Part shown: piece by piece, positions 59,501 to 64,000 of the stretch
Numbering within the stretch: the stretch's first letter is position 1
Layout: each line of letters opens with the position of its first letter
Made by a program: the position numbers and the translations under genes
Notes under the pieces: model-generated
Told to the model about the DNA's origin: nothing
Database searches by the model: none
What the model saw: the letters and a program-made list of their open reading frames with translations, nothing else
Assembly: GCA_049840735.1 (NCBI GenBank)
Contig: JASGJN010000022.1
Location: forward strand, 352,001-416,000
Reading direction: 5' to 3'
DNA length: 64,000 nt
Source: Anaeromyxobacter sp.
Lineage (GTDB): Bacteria; Myxococcota; Myxococcia; Myxococcales; Anaeromyxobacteraceae

Positions 59501-62289
59501 TACCTGGCCTGGCCGGTGGCGAAGGGCGTCTCGCGCAGCTGGCTGCGCCAGAGCCGCCGGTACACGCGCACCACCACCTCCTGCCCCAGCACCGGCTTGT
59601 CGTCCGGGCCGATGGCCAGGATCTCCGGGCGCAGCTCGGTGGCCTTCTCCTGGTAGCGGGCCAGCTTCATGCCCAGCAGGAAGGGCGGCAGCCCCTTCAC
59701 CTCCAGGGCCGCGCTCACCTGCTGCTGGTCCGGGCCGGTGACGGTGGCCTCCAGGTGGTAGATGCGCGGCGTGCCGTCCAGGTCGCGCGACGGATCGACG
59801 GTGATCTGGTCGGCGCCGGCCGGGTCGAGCTTGCTGGCCCGGCGCACCACCGGCGCGGGCCGGGCCGAGTCGGGGCGCGCGAACTGGGCGGCGGAGGCGA
59901 AGAGGAACCCCTCGCGCCCGGCCGGCGTGTGGAAGTACGGGCGCTGCGTCACGGTCCAGCTCACGGGCAGCCCGGCGCCGGCGCCGCCGGCGTAGTAGCG
60001 GGCCACGCCCTTCACCTTGAAGGGCCGGTCCAGCGGCACGGCCAGCGGGCTCGAGAGCTGCACCTCGAAGGTCGGGATGCGATAGGCCTCGATCTGGAAG
60101 GTCCGCTCGCCCAGCGCGTCGCCGGACTTCTTGTCGAAGAGGACGGCGCTGAAGCGGCCGGAGGGCAGGTCCGCCTCCTTCAGCTCGGCGGAGAAGCCGC
60201 CCAGCGCGGTGAAGGCGAGGGGTAGCGGGATGCTCCGCCCGTCCGGCCCGTCCACGCGCAGCGCCAGCCCCTCGCCGCCCGGGAAGACCAGGCCGCCGGC
60301 CACCTTGCGGCGCAGGTAGCCCTTCAGCTGGACGGCCTCGCCGGGCCGGTAGATGGCCCGGTCGGTGAACAGGAAGGCGAAGGTCTTGTCGTTGGCCGGC
60401 GGCGGCGGGTTCTGCGTGAGCCAGCGCAGCCAGCGCCCGGAGGTGGACCAGTGGGCGTCGGCGAACTGCGGCTGGGCCTCGCCCGGATCGAGCACCAGCA
60501 CGTCCTCGCCCTGCTGCACCGAGACCCGCAGCACCTGGGTCCAGTCCTGGAGCCGGCCCACCGCGGCGCGCCCCCCGGCGTCGGTGGTCGCCTCGACCTT
60601 GGCCGGCCGCTCCTCCTTGGTGGTGTGGCCGCCGCGGCTCACCTCCTCCACGCGCTTCCCCTCGATGCGGATGCGGGCGCCCTGCACCGGCTCGGCGCGG
60701 TCCAGCGTGCGGACGAAGAAGACGGCGCGGTCGCGCTCCTCGACGGTGGTGAGCGTGAGGTTGGTGACCTGGACGCGCACATAGGTGCGCTGCGGCGGCC
60801 CCACCAGCCGGCGCAGGCCGACCAGGTACGTGCCCGGGCGCCCCTTGCCGACCACCGGGTCGAGCAGCGCCCCCAGGTCGAGGCCGAAGCTGGTCGTGCC
60901 GGCCCGCTTCTCCAGCGGCAGCGGCACCACCTTCGACACCAGCGGCGAGCCCAGCAGCCGCAGGTGCGCGACGAGCTCGGCCGGGCCGCGGCGCTCGGCG
61001 GTGTCCGGCGCGGCGGGCTCCTCGCCGGGGAAGGGCGGCGCGCCCTCCTCGTTCACCTCGACCGGGCGGTCGGGGAAGGGCCACAGGCCGTCGTGGAAGG
61101 GGTCGATCCGGTAGATGCGCACGTCGGCGCGGGCGTCGCCGTAGCCGGTGAGCGGCAGCATCCGCGGCCCGCGGGCCTCCACCAGCGCGCTGCCCCGGCT
61201 CCAGCGCAGGAAGGGGCTCTTCCACCCGGAGTAGAAGTAGAGCTCGACGCCGCCCGGATCGCGGAGCGGCCGGCCGGACTCGTCCTTGACCGGCGCGGCG
61301 GCGAGCCGGAGCTTGTAGAGCACGTCCGGGACCAGCTTGCCGCGCAGCGTGATCCGGTCGCCCGCGGCGTCGAAGGTGAGGTCCGGGACGGCGGGCTCGA
61401 GCTGGATGAGCTTCTTGAGGTCGCCCAGCGAGGGGTCGCGCAGCGGCGCGGAGAAGTGGAGCTGCGGGCGCTCGCCCTGGTTGCCGCAGGCCAGCGCGCC
61501 GTCGCGCGGCGCGGCGGCGCCGGGGACCACCGGCAGCTCGGCCTGGCCGCAGCGGACCTTCACCAGGTGGAACGGCGGCCGGGTGGAGAGCCGGCCGGTC
61601 CAGAGCTGCGTCCCCTCCTGGCCCAGCGCCAGCGCCACCTTGACCGAGAGCTGCCTGCCCTCCGGCACGTCCTCCGGGAGCGTGACCGCGTAGGAGGCGG
61701 CCTCGCGCTGATCGCCGCGCGGCAGCTGGGCCAGCGTGAACCGGGAGAGCCGGACCACCGGGCCGTCGCCCGGGCCGGGCGCGTCGCGCAGCTCCAGCGA
61801 GAGCATGCGCCTGAGCCCGTCGAGCGGGAGCGGCTGCGGGAAGGTGAGGGTGAAGGCCCGGAACGGGCGCAGGTCGTCCGAGCCGTCCGCCGGCGAGAGC
61901 GACGACGGCGCCGACATCATGGTGGTGAGGACCCGGCGCTGGCCGGCGGCCTCCACCTGGAAGCGGGCCAGCGGCGGCCAGGGCTCGGCGGGGCGGAACT
62001 GCAGCGTCCGCTTGTCGACCCAGCTCCAGGCGCCGGGCCAGGCGGGGACCACCTGCAGCCGGCGCGCGCCGTCGTCGGCCGGCCCGCGGCCCGGCCCGGC
62101 GTCCTTGTCGAGGTGGACGGTGACCGGGTCGTAGCCGCGCAGGAAGGTCTCGGGCAGCAGGACCACCCCGCCGCCCTCCGGGCGCTGCCCGGTGTCGGCG
62201 GCCGCGGCCGGCTCGGCCGCCGCGGTGGGGTGCGGGGCCAGGGACAGCAGCGTGAGGAGCGGGAGGAGGCGGCGGGCGGCGGGCGTCAT
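56527..62289 (-). CDS. Bacterial alpha-2-macroglobulin family protein
   Basis: Signal peptide; FTDRAIYRPGE, VTLWLVDAAVLSL, LSDDLTDFRVRAVA, thioester motif YPHECLEQ, GSFVQPAPFAELMY. Confidence 0.92.
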   Translation of the reverse strand: MTPAARRLLPLLTLLSLAPHPTAAAEPAAAADTGQRPEGGGVVLLPETFLRGYDPVTVHLDKDAGPGRGPADDGARRLQVVPAWPGAWSWVDKRTLQFRPAEPWPPLARFQVEAAGQRRVLTTMMSAPSSLSPADGSDDLRPFRAFTLTFPQPLPLDGLRRMLSLELRDAPGPGDGPVVRLSRFTLAQLPRGDQREAASYAVTLPEDVPEGRQLSVKVALALGQEGTQLWTGRLSTRPPFHLVKVRCGQAELPVVPGAAAPRDGALACGNQGERPQLHFSAPLRDPSLGDLKKLIQLEPAVPDLTFDAAGDRITLRGKLVPDVLYKLRLAAAPVKDESGRPLRDPGGVELYFYSGWKSPFLRWSRGSALVEARGPRMLPLTGYGDARADVRIYRIDPFHDGLWPFPDRPVEVNEEGAPPFPGEEPAAPDTAERRGPAELVAHLRLLGSPLVSKVVPLPLEKRAGTTSFGLDLGALLDPVVGKGRPGTYLVGLRRLVGPPQRTYVRVQVTNLTLTTVEERDRAVFFVRTLDRAEPVQGARIRIEGKRVEEVSRGGHTTKEERPAKVEATTDAGGRAAVGRLQDWTQVLRVSVQQGEDVLVLDPGEAQPQFADAHWSTSGRWLRWLTQNPPPPANDKTFAFLFTDRAIYRPGEAVQLKGYLRRKVAGGLVFPGGEGLALRVDGPDGRSIPLPLAFTALGGFSAELKEADLPSGRFSAVLFDKKSGDALGERTFQIEAYRIPTFEVQLSSPLAVPLDRPFKVKGVARYYAGGAGAGLPVSWTVTQRPYFHTPAGREGFLFASAAQFARPDSARPAPVVRRASKLDPAGADQITVDPSRDLDGTPRIYHLEATVTGPDQQQVSAALEVKGLPPFLLGMKLARYQEKATELRPEILAIGPDDKPVLGQEVVVRVYRRLWRSQLRETPFATGQARYLTEQEDVKVAEKRIKTEAGPVTAAFPISEAGVYVVELTGRDRLGRVQTLSADLYAGGPGPVAWQKPREGIIQLTPDRPSHAPGQTARVVIESPVQTGRALVIVEEPVGNVYRWLDVSGGKAVAELPVEARHVPNLPVHAVVLRGRLGEGTQDDGRYRPLTVAGSLDLKVEPVQNQVRVVVKHPESVRPGARVELELTLSDEAKRPLAGEVTLWLVDAAVLSLAREGPLDPLSRFIEPNRRATTVRDTRNLAVGRVLELEEEPGGDGEELSAEARVGGVAQRPVVRKNFKTVPFYQATLQVPASGRLVVPVTLSDDLTDFRVRAVAASGTARFGLHQSTLRVRLPVLIQPQLPRLVRSGDRFWPGGVARVLEGAGGAGTVSIQVNGQAAQAKQSVPVQLSPEQPVSGLTPVTVAAVPGSSELTVQVGVTRAADGVGDAFEVKIPVQPDRTVERFAYVERLAPGPVTLRPFPEAPRPGTVRQDVALTSVPGVLELISGVDYLDAYPHECLEQRAARVWARVGLAGVLSRLGLPGPDAQAQAAARRLLADLPLHQDEAGLLAYWPGNKGDVALTAQVLELLRALRAAGLPVDEKVEKRAGEALAKALRSDYPGAWRGFEPNQRTAALAALSRTGHLDEHYAVDLFQARAGMDATSVADLAAAMNGRPDLYRTNLAALKEQLWSTVVFKLRDGKPVFDGLRWGRNGWGGGYLGSDASAVAAVWRSLLLLDPTDPRQAQLRDGLLSYARPDRGFGDAHATRRGLEALATYLDLPQPQLPASSLKLTGQAALDVDGTRKVGALTARGEAPLSGKLEGAPAGVRVAYAYVPAAPGDRVAATAQGLSVARSSSAVAQDGTLAPERPDQAGEVRTLAVGDVLELHTRVTSAEERFHVALVVPFAGGLELLNPALQTTGAIGTPSQADTLAPTAVQRLDGELRYYFDRLPAGTQSFHFRVRASSEGSFVQPAPFAELMYRQEVRGRGAGLRVRITGEHEK

Positions 62290-64000
62290 GGCGTGGAAGC
62301 TCCGATGCGCTGGAACAGGTCGCGGAGGTAGTCGTCCGGCACGCCGGCTGCGGCGCCGGCCAGGCCCAGCACCACCGGGCGGAAGCGCGCCGGCGCGAGC
62401 CCTGGGGGCGCGTGGACGGCGAGGAGGTAGTCGCCCGGCTCGAGCGTGAGCAGGGCCTGGCAGCCGGTGGCGAGCGGGCGCTGGGCGGCGTCGGAGACGG
62501 TGCAGGAGAGGACCTCGGCCTCCTGTTGCAGCCCGACGCCCACCCGGCCCTGGCCGGCGGCGCGGAAGCGGAAGACGCGCGTCTCGCCGGGGCCGAGCCA
62601 GCGCTCCGGCCCGGCGCCCTCGGTGAGGGGCTCGACCGGCTCGGTGGTGAAGCGGACGGCGCCGGCCGGCGGCTCGCCGGCGAAGGGGCGCACCGCGAGC
62701 CGGTGCGTGCCGGCCGGCAGGAGCTGGTCCAGGGCGCAGGGGCCGCCCAGGCCGCCGGCGGCCACCAGCGCGGCGCCGGAGGCCAGCGCGCAGACGCCCG
62801 CGTCGGCCCGCAGGTGGACCAGCGCCGGCGCGGCCAGCGTGAAGGACCGCTCCAGCGGCGCCGGGGTGAGGGCCGCGGCCTCGCCGGCGCGGAGCGCGGG
62901 GGCGCTCGCCGCGAGCGGCCGGCCGTAGGCGGCGGCAGGGCCGGCGCTGGTCGGGCGGGCCAGGGCGCGGAGCGGGCCGCCCGCGTCCAGCAGCACGTCG
63001 GCGGCGAGCCCGGCCGGCAGCGGGGCGGTGCAGGCCTCCCGGCGCGAGCCGTCGGAGAGGCGCACCAGGCAGCGGGCGCCGCCGGAGACCTCCAGCGTCC
63101 GCTCCGCCGGGGCGGCGGGCACGCGGAGCAGCAGCGGGCCGGGCTCGAGCCGCGCCTCGAAGGGCTCGGCGCCCAGCACGCGCTCCGGCGGCGGGGCGGG
63201 GAGGGTCACCAGCGTGGCCTCGACGCGCCGCTCCTCCGGCGCCCACAGGAACAGCTCGCCGCCGCCGGGCTGCAGCAGGCAGCGCGCGAGGCGGGCGGCG
63301 GGCGGGCAGAGATCCAGCGCGCGCCCCTCGGCGGAGAGCAGCACGGCCCAGGCCGCGGGCGGGAGGAGCAGCTCCAGCCGCGACGGGCCCGCGGGGAGCG
63401 GGAGGCGGGCGGCGGCGTCGGCCAGCGTCAGGACCTGCCGGCCCGGCTCCAGCCGGCCGCCCGGCTTCGGCAACGCGATGGCGGCGCGGGTCAGCTCCAC
63501 CTCCACCGGCGCGTCGGACGGCGCCAGCAGGCGCGCGGTGGCGCTGGTGCCGGCGGCGCCGGCGGCGTAGCAGGCGGCCTCGCCGGCCGCGCCGGGCGAG
63601 GAGACCCCGCCTTCGAACGCGCACCAGGGCGCGGCCCGCTCGCCGGGCGCGGCGCGGGCGGCAAGCAGGTGGACGGCGCTGGCGCGGCTGCGCTGCACCT
63701 GCACCAGCGGCCGGCGGGTCAGGCCCTGGCGCTCGGTGGCCGGCGCGTCCACCGCGGCGGCCAGCTCCTCCAGCGCCACGCGCGCCTCGGCGCCCGGCGC
63801 GGCGAAGAGGACCGGGCCCGCCTCCAGCGAGGCCTCGGGCCCGCAGGGCTGGAGCAGGCCGGGCTGGCCGGCGGGGGCGCAGCGCAGGCCCGCGCCGGTG
63901 CGCCAGCGGCCGGCGTGCGCCACGGCGGCGAGCCCCGCGCCGGTGGCGGCGACGGCGCCGCCGGCGGAGAGCGGCGCGGCGATGCGCACCCGGAGCCGCG
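62286..64000 (-). CDS. Large hypothetical protein upstream of alpha-2-macroglobulin (5' end outside window)
   Basis: Open frame reaching the window edge; its stop overlaps the alpha-2-macroglobulin ATG (ATGA); beta-rich repeats. Confidence 0.7.
   Translation of the reverse strand, partial: RLRVRIAAPLSAGGAVAATGAGLAAVAHAGRWRTGAGLRCAPAGQPGLLQPCGPEASLEAGPVLFAAPGAEARVALEELAAAVDAPATERQGLTRRPLVQVQRSRASAVHLLAARAAPGERAAPWCAFEGGVSSPGAAGEAACYAAGAAGTSATARLLAPSDAPVEVELTRAAIALPKPGGRLEPGRQVLTLADAAARLPLPAGPSRLELLLPPAAWAVLLSAEGRALDLCPPAARLARCLLQPGGGELFLWAPEERRVEATLVTLPAPPPERVLGAEPFEARLEPGPLLLRVPAAPAERTLEVSGGARCLVRLSDGSRREACTAPLPAGLAADVLLDAGGPLRALARPTSAGPAAAYGRPLAASAPALRAGEAAALTPAPLERSFTLAAPALVHLRADAGVCALASGAALVAAGGLGGPCALDQLLPAGTHRLAVRPFAGEPPAGAVRFTTEPVEPLTEGAGPERWLGPGETRVFRFRAAGQGRVGVGLQQEAEVLSCTVSDAAQRPLATGCQALLTLEPGDYLLAVHAPPGLAPARFRPVVLGLAGAAAGVPDDYLRDLFQRIGASTP

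Noticed and set aside
54074..62289. alpha-2-macroglobulin/pbpC pair as a novel system
   Set aside because: This is a well-known conserved pairing, and the CxEQ thioester motif is canonical.
54074..63624. 2383-aa and 2365-aa ORFs as giant fusion proteins
   Set aside because: Their N-terminal parts are off-frame read-through over the upstream genes; overlapping start/stop junctions give real starts at 56530 and 62289.

Overview
GC-rich window that looks like an Anaeromyxobacter-type myxobacterial chromosome; the taxon is inferred from gene content only. Positions ~1-18650 are accessory DNA anchored on an intact tRNA-Gly(CCC) (18571-18646, minus strand). The tRNA's 3' 45 bp recur exactly at 7901-7945 and 2617-2661, each flanked by conserved sequence with CTTGCCC repeats. 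These sites divide the region into tandem modules, and I see no integrase in either complete module. Module A (~10.7 kb) holds a secreted Cys-rich surface protein, a signal-peptide RHS toxin with an HExxH tip and a putative immunity gene. Module B (~5.3 kb) holds an FHA-PLD-SF2 helicase fusion, a small winged-helix protein and an AlbA_2/RecG-like regulator. Module C (partial) holds an orphan RHS core with a different HExxH tip and its own putative immunity gene. The rest is core-like: a molybdopterin oxidoreductase, hisG-murA-prmC-prfA, treZ, two lipoprotein alpha-amylases, an M24 peptidase, a catalytically degenerate MalZ-like GH13, a futalosine menaquinone operon (ubiD, menG, ubiX, mqnE, mqnA-mqnC fusion, deaminase, UbiA-like, GbsR-like regulator), an M16 peptidase, a polyprenyl synthase, an FG-GAP lipoprotein and an alpha-2-macroglobulin/pbpC operon. 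A TTCAAC-N4-GTTGAA palindrome precedes both the menaquinone operon and the polyprenyl synthase. Several single-base frameshifts, some in housekeeping genes, look like sequencing or assembly errors.
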